From an uncultured delta proteobacterium (GTDB lineage: Bacteria; Desulfobacterota; Zymogenia; Zymogenales; Zymogenaceae): a DNA stretch of 64,000 nucleotides. The stretch lies in the NCBI GenBank assembly GCA_963792965.1, contig CAWBYW010000007.1, positions 416,001-480,000 of the forward strand, read 5' to 3'. Both the position numbers and the translations under genes were made by a program. How positions within the stretch are numbered: position 1 is the first letter of the stretch; every line of letters starts with the position of its first letter. The notes beneath the pieces were generated by a model. It was given only the letters and a program-made list of their open reading frames with translations, ran no database searches and had not been told where the DNA came from. Below are positions 1 to 10,029 of the stretch, in pieces.

Positions 1-1
1 G

Positions 2-595
2 TCCGGTCTCATCATCATGTCTCATGTGAAGGACGGCGTGGACATGGGAAAGAAGTATAAGCTTGGCAGCGATATCATCGACATCATCGGGCAACATCAC
101 GGGACACATCTGATGAATTTCTTCTATCAGAAGGCAAAGGAGTCCAAGCACGCCGGCGAAAACAATATCGGTGAAAAGGACTTCCGGTATCCGGGCCCGA
201 AGCCGCTGACAAGGGAGGCGGGAATCGTCCTTTTGGCCGACAATATCGAGGCGGCGTCGAGGGTCCTCGTGGACCCCTCTCCCTCCCGGGTGGAAGGGAT
301 GGTGCAGAGCATCATCAACCGGCTATTTCTCGACGGACAGCTTGATCAGTGTGAGCTTACGTTCAAGGACCTGGACGCGATCGGAAAGAGCTTCACGAAA
401 GTCCTCAACGGCATCTTCCATCAGCGGATCGACTATCCCGAACCGGTCATCGACGAGCCACTTGAAGAACATGAGAGGGAGAGAATAAACGGTGACACTC
501 CTCATCACAAAAGAGAGGCATCCAAAAAGAATAGCTCAAAAAACAATAATCAGAAGGATACAACACCTCCTCGAACACCTGGGAAGGGGCAATAG
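2..595 (+). CDS. HD-domain phosphohydrolase (7TM-HD/PgpH-like), C-terminal part; 5' end outside window
   Basis: Motifs SHVKDG, QHHGT, FRYPGPKP, LADxxEAASR, HQRIDYP; frame open to window start; upstream of ybeY. Confidence 0.9.
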   Translation, partial: SGLIIMSHVKDGVDMGKKYKLGSDIIDIIGQHHGTHLMNFFYQKAKESKHAGENNIGEKDFRYPGPKPLTREAGIVLLADNIEAASRVLVDPSPSRVEGMVQSIINRLFLDGQLDQCELTFKDLDAIGKSFTKVLNGIFHQRIDYPEPVIDEPLEEHERERINGDTPHHKREASKKNSSKNNNQKDTTPPRTPGKGQ

Positions 596-944
596 CGAGA
601 TTTCTCTCTTGTTGACGGATGATGCCGGCATTACCTACTACAATGAGCATTACCTCAAGAGGTCAGGTCCCACCAACGTCATCTCGTTCGGTGTCGGCCG
701 CGCCTTTGCGGCCGGCCCCGTTGTCCTGGGCGACATCGTCGTCAATATAGACGCCGCCCTTCGTCAGTCTGAGGTTCGGGGCGTTTCCCTCACCGACGAG
801 ATCATCATCCTCACCGTTCACGGGCTCGTCCACCTTCTTGGGTTCACCCATGACGCGAAAGAAGGGGCGACCGAGAAGGACGGCCTCACTATGGAAGCCA
901 AAGAACGGGAACTCCTTGCCCTCATCGAAATAGACGCCAATTGA
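492..944 (+). CDS. ybeY: rRNA maturation endoribonuclease YbeY
   Basis: HGLVHLLGFTH metal motif, PTNVISF, LGDIVV. Confidence 0.92.
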   Translation: MTLLITKERHPKRIAQKTIIRRIQHLLEHLGRGNSEISLLLTDDAGITYYNEHYLKRSGPTNVISFGVGRAFAAGPVVLGDIVVNIDAALRQSEVRGVSLTDEIIILTVHGLVHLLGFTHDAKEGATEKDGLTMEAKERELLALIEIDAN

Positions 945-2575
945 AGATAAGAATACCCCTTTATCGTGGATGCCGTATGAGAAGAAAAAAAACAGCCCGA
1001 GAAACAAAGATTACCGGTACTGCGCGTATCACGCCCGGCGATATATTCCTTGCCGTCGTCGGCGGGGCGCTCTTTGCCGCCTCGTTCCCGAAGATCGAGA
1101 TCCCGATCCTTGCCTGGTGTTGCCTGGTCCCTCTCCTGTTCGCGATCAGAAACAAAGAACCGGCACCGGCATCGATCCTGGGACTCATCTTCGGCATGTC
1201 GGCGTATATCGGGGTTCTCTACTGGACGGCCTTTCCGATATCCGTCTATGGGGGAATTTCGACCCCCCTTGCGATTCTATTCATGCTGCTCCTGGTTTTC
1301 TACGTCGCGCTTTATATCTCGGCCTTCGCGGCGTTTGTCTCATGGACCAGAATACGCTTTTCGATCCCCCCGTTTGTCTCGGCCCCGGTCGCATTCGCCG
1401 CGCTTGAATACCTGAGGGAATTCCTCTTCACCGGCTTCCCGTGGGGACTCCTGGGCCACTCCCAGCTGCCGTTCCTTCCTCTAATGCAGATCCTCGATAT
1501 CACCGGCGTCTACGGCGTCACCTTCGTCATCGTGGCGGCCAATGCCGCCCTCTTTTCGATCGTAGAGAGGGCAGTGGGCGAGCGGAAGCGCTTCCCCTTT
1601 ATCGAGACCGCCGTGTCCGTCCTCCTGGTTCTCGTCCTGGTCACCTACGGCGTCTTTGCGCTTTCCCGGGAGGAGTCGCTCATGAAAAAGAGCCGCGCCT
1701 TCACGGTCGCCATGATCCAGCCCAACATACGTCAGGACATTAAGTGGGACCCGACGTATCAGGACCAGACCATGAAGATATACGAGGAGATGACGCTCGC
1801 CACCGCCGACGAACATCCTCAGATCGTCGTCTGGCCGGAGACCGCGACTACTTTCTTCTTTCAGGATAACCCGGTCTACCGCCCCCGTGTCGAGGCGTTG
1901 GCCAGGCGCATGGACGCCTATCTCTTCTTTGGCACGCCTGCGTTCGAATACGAAGGTGGCGTGATGAAGTACTATAATCGGGCCTACCTCCTCTCGCAAA
2001 AGGGCGAGATCATCGGCCGCTACGACAAGATTCACCTCGTCCCCTTCGGAGAGTATATACCGCTCAGGCATCTCCTCTTTTTTGTCGATAAGCTTGCTTA
2101 TGGGGCTATCGGTGATTTCTCCACGGGGACGATCACCGACCCGATCAAGACGCCGATCGCCTCCATAGGATCCCTCATATGCTACGAGGCGATCTTCCCG
2201 GAATCGGCAAGGCTTTTCGCACGAAAGGGGGCTTCCTTGTTGATCAACATCACAAACGATGCGTGGTTCGGCACCACCAGCGCCCCGTACCAACACTTTT
2301 CCATGGCACGTCTGCGCGCCATCGAGACGCGCCTTTACCTGGTCAGGGCTGCAAATACGGGGATCACCTCCGTCGTCGACCCGACCGGGAGGACCGAGAT
2401 TGAGACCGCCATCTTCAAGAGGGTGGTCGCGATCGGAGAAGTACGTCCGCATGAGCGTATGACCTTCTACACGCGATTCGGCGACGTCTTCGCGCAGATC
2501 CTCGCGGCTTTCTTTTTCCTCCCTCTCCTGCTCGGCTTTTATGGTATAATTAAAAAGAAAATAAAAAAGGAGTAA
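941..2575 (+). CDS. lnt: Apolipoprotein N-acyltransferase (start may be ATG 977)
   Basis: N-terminal TM helices, TGFPW, VWPETA, YDKIHLVPFGEY, ICYE, TNDAWF, RAANTG. Confidence 0.97.
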   Translation: MKIRIPLYRGCRMRRKKTARETKITGTARITPGDIFLAVVGGALFAASFPKIEIPILAWCCLVPLLFAIRNKEPAPASILGLIFGMSAYIGVLYWTAFPISVYGGISTPLAILFMLLLVFYVALYISAFAAFVSWTRIRFSIPPFVSAPVAFAALEYLREFLFTGFPWGLLGHSQLPFLPLMQILDITGVYGVTFVIVAANAALFSIVERAVGERKRFPFIETAVSVLLVLVLVTYGVFALSREESLMKKSRAFTVAMIQPNIRQDIKWDPTYQDQTMKIYEEMTLATADEHPQIVVWPETATTFFFQDNPVYRPRVEALARRMDAYLFFGTPAFEYEGGVMKYYNRAYLLSQKGEIIGRYDKIHLVPFGEYIPLRHLLFFVDKLAYGAIGDFSTGTITDPIKTPIASIGSLICYEAIFPESARLFARKGASLLINITNDAWFGTTSAPYQHFSMARLRAIETRLYLVRAANTGITSVVDPTGRTEIETAIFKRVVAIGEVRPHERMTFYTRFGDVFAQILAAFFFLPLLLGFYGIIKKKIKKE

Positions 2576-2577
2576 CC

Positions 2578-3691
2578 ATGGCATCGCAGCTTCCCTTTGA
2601 CCTGAACCATACCTATGAATCTTTTGAGGAGCGATTGGGCACCTTACGGAGGTATCTTTGATCCGGAAACGCTCCAAAAACGGCTCCTCGAGCTCGAGTC
2701 GATGATGGCCGCTCCCGACTTCTGGAATGATACGGCAAACGTCCAGAAATTCGGGAGGGAAAAGAGCGCGATCGAGGAACAAGTCAGGTGGCTCTCTCAG
2801 CGCAATAACGACTTGGAAGAACTTGCGATCCTGATGGACATGTATAAGGACGGAGAGCTCGGTGCGGTCCAGGAGATCCAGGCAAAGGTAAGAGACCTTG
2901 AAACGGCGTTCGCCGTCATGGAAACCAAACGGATGCTTTCCGATGAGGACGATAAGCTGTCGGCCATCGTCTCCATCAATTCCGGGGCCGGGGGCACCGA
3001 GGCGCAGGACTGGGCTGAGATGCTGTTTCGGATGTATTCTCGTTGGGCCGAGTCGAAGGGCTATCGAATCGACGTCGTCAACATGATGCCCGGAGACGAG
3101 GCGGGGATCAAGAACATCACGCTCCTGGTCGAGGGACAGTACGCCTATGGGTTTCTAAAGGCGGAAAGCGGCGTCCACCGCCTCATCCGCATCTCCCCCT
3201 TTGACACGGGAAAGCGCCGGCATACCTCATTCGCCTCGGTCTTCGTCTCCCCCGAGGTGGACGAAGATTTCGAGATCGAGATCAACGAGAACGACCTGAG
3301 GATCGACACGTTCCGTGCCTCCGGCGCCGGAGGACAGCACGTCAACAAGACCGACAGCGCCGTCAGGATCACTCACCTCCCCACCGCGATTGTCGTCACC
3401 TGCAGCAACGAGAAATCACAGCACCGAAATAAGGCGATCGCCATGAAGATCCTCAAGTCACGGCTCTACGAGAAGAAACTCGACGAAGAGCGGGCAAAAC
3501 AGGATGAGCTCCACCATCACAAGAAGGAGATCGCGTGGGGAAGCCAGATAAGGACCTATACACTGCAGCCCTACCGTTTGGTCAAAGACCACCGCACCGG
3601 ACTTGAGGTGGGCAACGTCGACGCGGTCCTGAACGGAGAAATCGACCGGTTTATCGAGACCTACCTGCTGTCGTCTCACCCGGTCCAATAA
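2578..3691 (+). CDS. prfB: Peptide chain release factor 2 with programmed +1 frameshift at 2656-2661
   Basis: AAGGAG then ATG 2578; frame 0 reads MASQLPFDLNHTYESFEERLGTLRRYL* ending GGAGG-TAT-CTT-TGA; +1 frame has SPF and GGQ motifs. Confidence 0.97.
2648..2662 (+). promoter_or_regulatory. prfB autoregulatory frameshift signal (internal SD + CTT TGA)
   Basis: GGAGGTATCTTTGAT matches the canonical RF2 shift site, with T instead of the usual C after TGA. Confidence 0.93.
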
Positions 3692-3704
3692 TAACAAGGG
3701 GGGG

Positions 3705-5144
3705 ATGGGAATTATGAGAGCGGGAAAAAAGAGCCTTGTTTTCCTTGCAGTTTTCGTCCTCATCGTCGTTGTTACCCTGATCGTGGCACCATCTTTCATT
3801 GACATCAATCGTTATCGCAACGACCTCACCGATATCCTTTCCCGAAAGCTCAACAGGACCGTGACGATCCAGGATATCCGTCTGTCGTTCATCACGGGTC
3901 TGTCTGTCATCGGGAGCTCCGTCACGATAGCTGACCCGCATCGACCCCAATACCCCCTTATCTCGGCCCCTGAGATCAGGGTCACGTTCGCAGTCCTGCC
4001 CCTCGTGTCCGGGCATATTACCATACGGCGGCTCACCCTGAAGAATCCCGTCATAACGCTTGTCCGCTATACGGATGGGACACTCAACACCGATGGTTTC
4101 GGGATGCCCGCCGGAGTAAGCACGACCCCGCAGCGACTGTCTATCCCTGTTTTGGGGATTTGGTTTATCCCTATCAAAGAGGTGCTCGTTCGATCGGTCA
4201 CGGTCAAAGACGGCGTCTTTTCTTACTTCAAAGAAGTACCGGCTCGAAAGGCCGAAACCCTCGTCCGGCTTAACGGCGTCGATCTCGATATGGGCTCAAT
4301 CGTCATACCGGCCGCCCCAGCGCCCGCGTCGGGCGGCGGCACGCTGGCCGCCCTCGCCGCCGATATCCGGGCCACGATCGCAGACGGCACTGTCGGGCCG
4401 GTACCGTTCACACGGCTTTCCCTGTCCGGCTCCCTGAAGGGAGGAACGGCGAGTTTGAGTAAACTGAAGGCAACGCTTTTCGGCGGTGATCTCACGACCC
4501 ATGGAACCGTTACGCTCACGGGGAATACATCAGGCGGGACGCTGAGCCTCTCGCTGACCAAGGCAAACGCCAACGAGCTTCTCAACGCGTTTTCGACCTC
4601 AAAGGATGCCTTGTGGGGGACGCTCGATTTCTCGGGAGACTATACGTTCCCGATCCACGGCTTTGCGGCAGGTCTTGGCGGTACCGGAAAGATTTTGCTT
4701 ACGGACGGCTATGTCGCCGACTTCAGCCTGCGCGACGAGCTGGCCAAGAGCCTCAAGGTTCCGCCCGAGGCCCTGCCCAAGGAGCTCGATACCGGGAGCT
4801 ATGATTCCATCGTAATAGACTACGTAATACACTCTGAGCGTGTTTCAAGCGATCACATCGCGGTAACGGCGCCGGTCTTCTCGGCCCTTGCTTCCGGATA
4901 CGTCGGATTTGACAAGTCGCTCTCCGTCGCAGGGAGGGTCACCCTCAACAGGGCGGCAACGATATCTTCCTTATACGGCGATGTGCTGTCCCTCATCGGT
5001 ATTCACGGCGGCCTTCTCGAGTCCTTCCCCTTCGTCGTCTCCGGGACGCTTGACCATGCGAAATTCTCCATTCCTCTGGTCGGCACCACGGAACAAGGAA
5101 TCACCGACATCTTCAAATCTTTCGGCATACCCCTCGGAAAATAG
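3705..5144 (+). CDS. AsmA family protein
   Basis: N-terminal TM anchor followed by IDINRYR..., beta-rich body and AsmA-like C-terminus. Confidence 0.8.
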   Translation: MGIMRAGKKSLVFLAVFVLIVVVTLIVAPSFIDINRYRNDLTDILSRKLNRTVTIQDIRLSFITGLSVIGSSVTIADPHRPQYPLISAPEIRVTFAVLPLVSGHITIRRLTLKNPVITLVRYTDGTLNTDGFGMPAGVSTTPQRLSIPVLGIWFIPIKEVLVRSVTVKDGVFSYFKEVPARKAETLVRLNGVDLDMGSIVIPAAPAPASGGGTLAALAADIRATIADGTVGPVPFTRLSLSGSLKGGTASLSKLKATLFGGDLTTHGTVTLTGNTSGGTLSLSLTKANANELLNAFSTSKDALWGTLDFSGDYTFPIHGFAAGLGGTGKILLTDGYVADFSLRDELAKSLKVPPEALPKELDTGSYDSIVIDYVIHSERVSSDHIAVTAPVFSALASGYVGFDKSLSVAGRVTLNRAATISSLYGDVLSLIGIHGGLLESFPFVVSGTLDHAKFSIPLVGTTEQGITDIFKSFGIPLGK

Positions 5145-5183
5145 CCGTCCGGAATCCGTTTACCCTCCGCTTTCCCCGCGCGG

Positions 5184-5453
5184 TTAACGTGCTGTCGAAC
5201 TGCCAAGCCGTCTGTTCCGATAATATATCGCTATATCGATGAGGACCATCAACCCGTTGGCCCCGTAAAGGAAAATAACGGGATCACGGCTGTAGAGGAG
5301 TTTGTGGATTACCCCCGAGATGTACCCGACAAAGACGATCACCAAGAACCAGAAGCTCTTGCCCTTATTGGTTCTTGCCGCCCATGATTTGTAGATAGAA
5401 AAAGGCCACGCGCTCCCGAAACAGAGGAGCATGATGATCTCGAAAATACTCAT
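5184..5453 (-). CDS. Small 3-TM membrane protein (PQ-loop/SemiSWEET-like)
   Basis: MSIFEIIMLLCFGSAWPFSIYKS...KGKS; three hydrophobic helices. Confidence 0.7.
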   Translation of the reverse strand: MSIFEIIMLLCFGSAWPFSIYKSWAARTNKGKSFWFLVIVFVGYISGVIHKLLYSRDPVIFLYGANGLMVLIDIAIYYRNRRLGSSTAR

Positions 5454-5504
5454 TGGAGACCCCGTGTTGAAGCAGATACACATGTGGGATGAGCCAAAAG
5501 CGAG

Positions 5505-6266
5505 CTAATATCTACGGAACAATAGCACGGCCAGCGCCCCCATGACGACCCCGAATCCGGCAAGATAAATCAAGTCGACGACGGCCGAGAACTGGAAGAG
5601 ACCGATGGTGCTCCCCCTCATGAGGTCGACCCCGTAGGTGACCGGGTTCAGCCTCACGATTACCTTCAGCCAACCCGGAAGCGTCTGGACGGGGTACATG
5701 GCCCCCGAAAGAAAAAAAAGCGGCATGATGACGAAGTTCGAGATCGTCCCGAAGCCTTCATACGAATAGATCCGGCTGGCCAGCGCGATACCGAGCGAAG
5801 AAAGGGCAAGTGAAATGATGACCATGATCACAAGCAGTTCGGCGAACCCACCAACGCTGAGCTTTACACCGATCAGCGGCGCAAAGAGGAGCGTGATGCC
5901 GCCCTGCACCATCGCCTGGGTAGCGCCTCCCATGATCTTGCCCGTGACGATGGCCGTCCGAGGAATCGGGGCGACCAGGATTTCTTTCAAGAACCCGAAC
6001 TCACGATCCCAGACGATGGAGATGCCCGACCACATCGCCGAGAAGATCAGCGACATGGCCACGATCCCTGGAAAGATGAACTGGAGGTAGTCGACCCCGC
6101 CGTTCCCCTTAAAGATGGGCCTCAGGCCCATGCCGAAGACGACGAGCCAGAGAACCGGCCGCGCAAACGAGCCGTAAAACTGGTGCTTATCCCGGAGCAG
6201 CCTCTTGAAGTCCCTCAGCCAGATGATGAAGCTCCCGTAGAGAAATCGTGAAATATATTCGCCCAT
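5505..6266 (-). CDS. ABC-2 type exporter permease
   Basis: DREFGFLKE, FLSGAMYP, NPVTYGVD; about 6 TM helices. Confidence 0.93.
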   Translation of the reverse strand: MGEYISRFLYGSFIIWLRDFKRLLRDKHQFYGSFARPVLWLVVFGMGLRPIFKGNGGVDYLQFIFPGIVAMSLIFSAMWSGISIVWDREFGFLKEILVAPIPRTAIVTGKIMGGATQAMVQGGITLLFAPLIGVKLSVGGFAELLVIMVIISLALSSLGIALASRIYSYEGFGTISNFVIMPLFFLSGAMYPVQTLPGWLKVIVRLNPVTYGVDLMRGSTIGLFQFSAVVDLIYLAGFGVVMGALAVLLFRRY

Positions 6267-7255
6267 TATCTCCCCGTCCTTGCACGATGTACCTGACGCA
6301 AGAGTCCCATCGGCTCCCCGCCCTCTTCCTTGATGCCCCTCCCGGTCAGCTCTATAAAGACGTCCTCGAGCGACGGTTGAGTGATCGTCATCCCGTCGAG
6401 GTTGATATGCCGACGCATAAGGAGCCTGAGGGTGTCTTGTGTTCCATTGTTGCTGATGAACATCCGCTCGTTGACCTTCTTGAACGGCAGCCCGAGCTTT
6501 TTCACCTTCTCTTCGTTCCCGTCCTTCGACAGAAGAACAATCGAGTCCTTTCCGAGCCGCTTTTTCAGGTTTTCCGGTGAGTCCAGCGAGACGATTTTGC
6601 CCTCGTTGATGATGCCGACGCGATCCGAGCCGTCGGCCTCCTCCATGTAGTGCGTCGTCAAGAAGAGCGTGACGCCGAAGGTATTTTTAAGCTCCCAGAT
6701 ATATTCCCAGATGACTTTGCGGGTCTGGGGATCCAGGCCGATCGTCGGCTCGTCGAGAAAGAGGACCCGAGGCATGTGCAGGAACCCCCGGGCGATCTCG
6801 AGGCGTCTCTTCATCCCGCCGGAAAGCGTTTTGACGACCTTATCCTTGGATTTGGTCAGCTCCACCATGGAAAGGGCTTTGTCTATGCGCGGCACGATCT
6901 CCCTCCGGGGAATCCTGTAGAGTGCGGCGTGGAAATAGAGGTTCTCGTAGGCCGTAAGTCTCTCGTCGAGGCTCGGGTCCTGGAAAATGATGCCGATTCG
7001 CTTTCGGATTCGATCCGGCTCTTTCATGACATCGAAGCCCGCCAGCAGCGCGTGACCCGAGGTCGGCGGTATCAGCGTGGTGAGGATCTTGATGGTCGTC
7101 GTCTTCCCGGCGCCGTTGGGTCCAAGAAACCCGAAAGACTCCCCCTCCTTGACCGAAAACGAGATGTCGTTTACCGCCACGACGTCGTCGAACTTCTTGC
7201 TAAGGTGCTCAACCCGAATCATGTCCATTTGCCCACTCTGACGCTTTCCTTTCAT
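6266..7255 (-). CDS. ABC exporter ATP-binding protein (DrrA-like); start 7255 or 7228
   Basis: GPNGAGKTT, LSGGMKRRLEIA, LDEPT; ATGA overlap with upstream RidA-family gene. Confidence 0.92.
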   Translation of the reverse strand: MKGKRQSGQMDMIRVEHLSKKFDDVVAVNDISFSVKEGESFGFLGPNGAGKTTTIKILTTLIPPTSGHALLAGFDVMKEPDRIRKRIGIIFQDPSLDERLTAYENLYFHAALYRIPRREIVPRIDKALSMVELTKSKDKVVKTLSGGMKRRLEIARGFLHMPRVLFLDEPTIGLDPQTRKVIWEYIWELKNTFGVTLFLTTHYMEEADGSDRVGIINEGKIVSLDSPENLKKRLGKDSIVLLSKDGNEEKVKKLGLPFKKVNERMFISNNGTQDTLRLLMRRHINLDGMTITQPSLEDVFIELTGRGIKEEGGEPMGLLRQVHRARTGR

Positions 7256-7653
7256 CTGGCCGCGATCGCCTCCACTTCTACGAGCATCTTGGGATGAGAG
7301 AGCCCGGATACGATCCTCAGCGTCCCGCCGGCGGGACCCGGCGTGTTGGGGAAATATTTCGCGTAGATCTCCGCGAACCGCCCCCATTCGTCGTACAGCC
7401 GCGCCTTCTCGGTGACCGTAACGCTCAGATAGACGATGTCCGAAAGCCCCATACCCGCCTTGCCGAGAATCTCATCGATACGCTGCGCCTCGTATTCGAA
7501 CTGCTCCAATGCGTCGGCGCCGACGACCTTTCTCATGTCGTCCATCGGCGGAATGCCGGAGACGAACACCATCTCCGTCGCACCCGTCACCTTGATCGCC
7601 CAGGGAAACCCCATGACGGGAAGCCTATCGTTCTTTATCTCGCTCTTTTCCAT
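7252..7653 (-). CDS. RidA/YjgF family protein
   Basis: VFVSG, GLSDIV, LVEVEAIA; 133 aa. Confidence 0.85.
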   Translation of the reverse strand: MEKSEIKNDRLPVMGFPWAIKVTGATEMVFVSGIPPMDDMRKVVGADALEQFEYEAQRIDEILGKAGMGLSDIVYLSVTVTEKARLYDEWGRFAEIYAKYFPNTPGPAGGTLRIVSGLSHPKMLVEVEAIAAR

Positions 7654-7771
7654 GCTCGCCCACTCAGTGTTAAAAGCATATCATATCATATTTTCTTCGG
7701 CCCGGAAAGGAAATGCGGGGACAAAATCCCCGCATTTTTCGTTCAATCACCTGCTCTGTTACAGTCAATTT

Positions 7772-9142
7772 CTATTCAGATTCTTTCGCGCGTTTCAGCA
7801 CCCCGTCAACATCCTTCTCAAATATATCGACCATGTTGATTCCGCGCTTCTTAAGGCGCCATCGCCGCTCCAGGAAGAGGATCGAACCAAGGACGATCGC
7901 GCCCATGAAAATCGCCACCGATGTAAAGTCTTCTACAAACCCAAGGAGGATATAGACCAGCGCGAAAAAGAGCACGCCGATCGGGAAGAACCAGTACCAG
8001 AATCCTTTAAGCTTGAACGCCGCCTTTGCGTAGTGCTGTGGGAGTTTCTTCTTGATGCGCAGCGACGCCACCCCGATGAGGGCAGAAAACACCATCACGC
8101 CCATAACCGTAATGAACGCATACCGTTCGATGCTCTGACCCAAGAGTATCCCCACGACCCCGAGGAGCGTCACCACGCTGATCGATATCCACGGCGTCTT
8201 GAGGGCTTTCGAGGTCGCCGCAAGCCACCCCGGCATGACCCCGTCCCGGGCCAGTGCAAAGAGCTCCCGCGGACTCGTGGCAAGGATACCGTTGACCGTC
8301 GTAAAGGCCGCAAGGATCGCCCCGATTGAAATAAATGCGACCGCCCACAACGGCAGGAAGGTCTTTGCAGCCACGGCCACAGCGGCCTTCGTGCCCCCGA
8401 GGCTCTCGTACGGGAGTATCCCGGTGAGGACGAAGGTGGTGAGCAGATAGGCTACCGTAACCACCAAAAAGGAGATCAGGATCGCAAGCGGGATATTCCT
8501 GCTCGGCCGCCTGATTTCCTCCCCGAGCTCGGCCAGGACCATAAAACCGACGTACGAGAAATACGCCGGGATTGCCGCCATAACGACCGGCGAGAATCCG
8601 TGCGGCATGAGCGGCACGATATTCTCGGGTTTGATGAAGAAGACCCCTCCGATCCCAAAGAGCGCAAGCGCCAGCATCATGAGGATTACCATGAGGTTCT
8701 GGATCCAGCCGGTGAAAGAGATGCCGATGATGTTGATAAGGGCGAAGACGATCGTGACGACTATCGCCGTTTCCATCGGCGGGAGGCCCGGTATGAAGAA
8801 ACCGAGGTACTCCGCAAAGCCATACGCGACGAGGGGGATCCCGATGAGTGTTGTGATCATGATCGTCCAGACCGTCATGAAACCCCAAAATGGGCCCATC
8901 GTCCGGCTTACGGTGACGTAGTTGGCCCCGGCCACCGGCATTGAGCTCCCGATCTGCGCGGAAGTGAAACACATGAAGATCGCCGGGAGTGACGCGATCA
9001 GGTACGTCACCCAGAGGGCCGGGCCGGTCTTGAATGCGATCGGCCCAATCAGGATGAAGATCGACGCTCCGATGACGTATCCGATAAGGATCGACACCGC
9101 CCCGCCGAGCCCCAATCCACGCTTCAGTTCATCTTTAGCCAT
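7772..9142 (-). CDS. APC family amino acid permease
   Basis: LKRGLGL, IGASIF, FSYVGF, EEIRRPSRNIP, LARDGVMP; about 12 TM helices. Confidence 0.93.
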   Translation of the reverse strand: MAKDELKRGLGLGGAVSILIGYVIGASIFILIGPIAFKTGPALWVTYLIASLPAIFMCFTSAQIGSSMPVAGANYVTVSRTMGPFWGFMTVWTIMITTLIGIPLVAYGFAEYLGFFIPGLPPMETAIVVTIVFALINIIGISFTGWIQNLMVILMMLALALFGIGGVFFIKPENIVPLMPHGFSPVVMAAIPAYFSYVGFMVLAELGEEIRRPSRNIPLAILISFLVVTVAYLLTTFVLTGILPYESLGGTKAAVAVAAKTFLPLWAVAFISIGAILAAFTTVNGILATSPRELFALARDGVMPGWLAATSKALKTPWISISVVTLLGVVGILLGQSIERYAFITVMGVMVFSALIGVASLRIKKKLPQHYAKAAFKLKGFWYWFFPIGVLFFALVYILLGFVEDFTSVAIFMGAIVLGSILFLERRWRLKKRGINMVDIFEKDVDGVLKRAKESE

Positions 9143-9193
9143 GTTTTACTCCTGCAAAAATGCCTAAGTCTCGTTTCTCTCTCTTATGCCGCC

Positions 9194-9989
9194 TCACCTT
9201 CCCCGATAGTTCGGTTTCCTTCTCTCGATAAACGCCATGGCGCCTTCGCGGGCGTCCTCGGTCATCGCACAGGCCATCATGGCCTCCGTCTCGTAGACGA
9301 GGGCATCCTCAAGGGATATCTCGCCCGATTTATTGAGGCACTCCTTGACCAGCCCCATCGGCACCGGGGCATGGCCCGCCATGAGTCGGGCCGTATCCAT
9401 CGCCTGGTCCATCAGCGCATCGGGCTTCACCACCTTCGACACGAGCCCGATCGAAAAGGCCTCATCGGCGTCTATTCTCCGCGCGGTAAGCATCAGCTCC
9501 CGGGCCCTCCCTAATCCGATGATTCGGGGCAGAAGGTAAGTCACGCCGTTTGTCTCAAAGAGCCCCACCTTTACCTCGGCGAACTCAAACGTTGCCCTCT
9601 CGTGATGCGATGCGGATGTCCGAGGCAATTGCGATCTCCGCTCCCGCCCCGACCGCGTAGCCGTTAAGCGCGGCGACGATCGGCTTTTTCAGCTCCACCA
9701 TCGCGCGGGTAATGTCCTGAATCTCCAAGAGCCCTTTCCGTACCGCAAAATAGTCGATCTGCCCGCCGAGGATCTCCCCCATTTCGGCAAGGTCCGCCCC
9801 CGCGGAAAAGGCCTTGCCCTTCCCGGTGATGACGACGGCCCGAACGATGTCATCATCGCGCGCCGCTCCGATGGCTTTTTTCAGATCCATCCAGGTCTGA
9901 CGCCGGACGGCGTTGCGGGCCTGTTCCCGAATAAATGTAATGACGGCAACCCCGTCGATTTTCTCAAGCGTGATATCCACAAATTCCAT
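9194..9989 (-). CDS. Enoyl-CoA hydratase/isomerase, split by one extra base near 9600
   Basis: AFSAGADL, NGYAVGAG, ASDIRIAS then ERATFEFAEVKVG in the adjacent frame; DAREGAMAFIERRKP. Confidence 0.88.
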
Positions 9990-10029
9990 TTTCCCCCTCA
10001 TCTTCTTTCCAATCCATCTAAACGCATCC

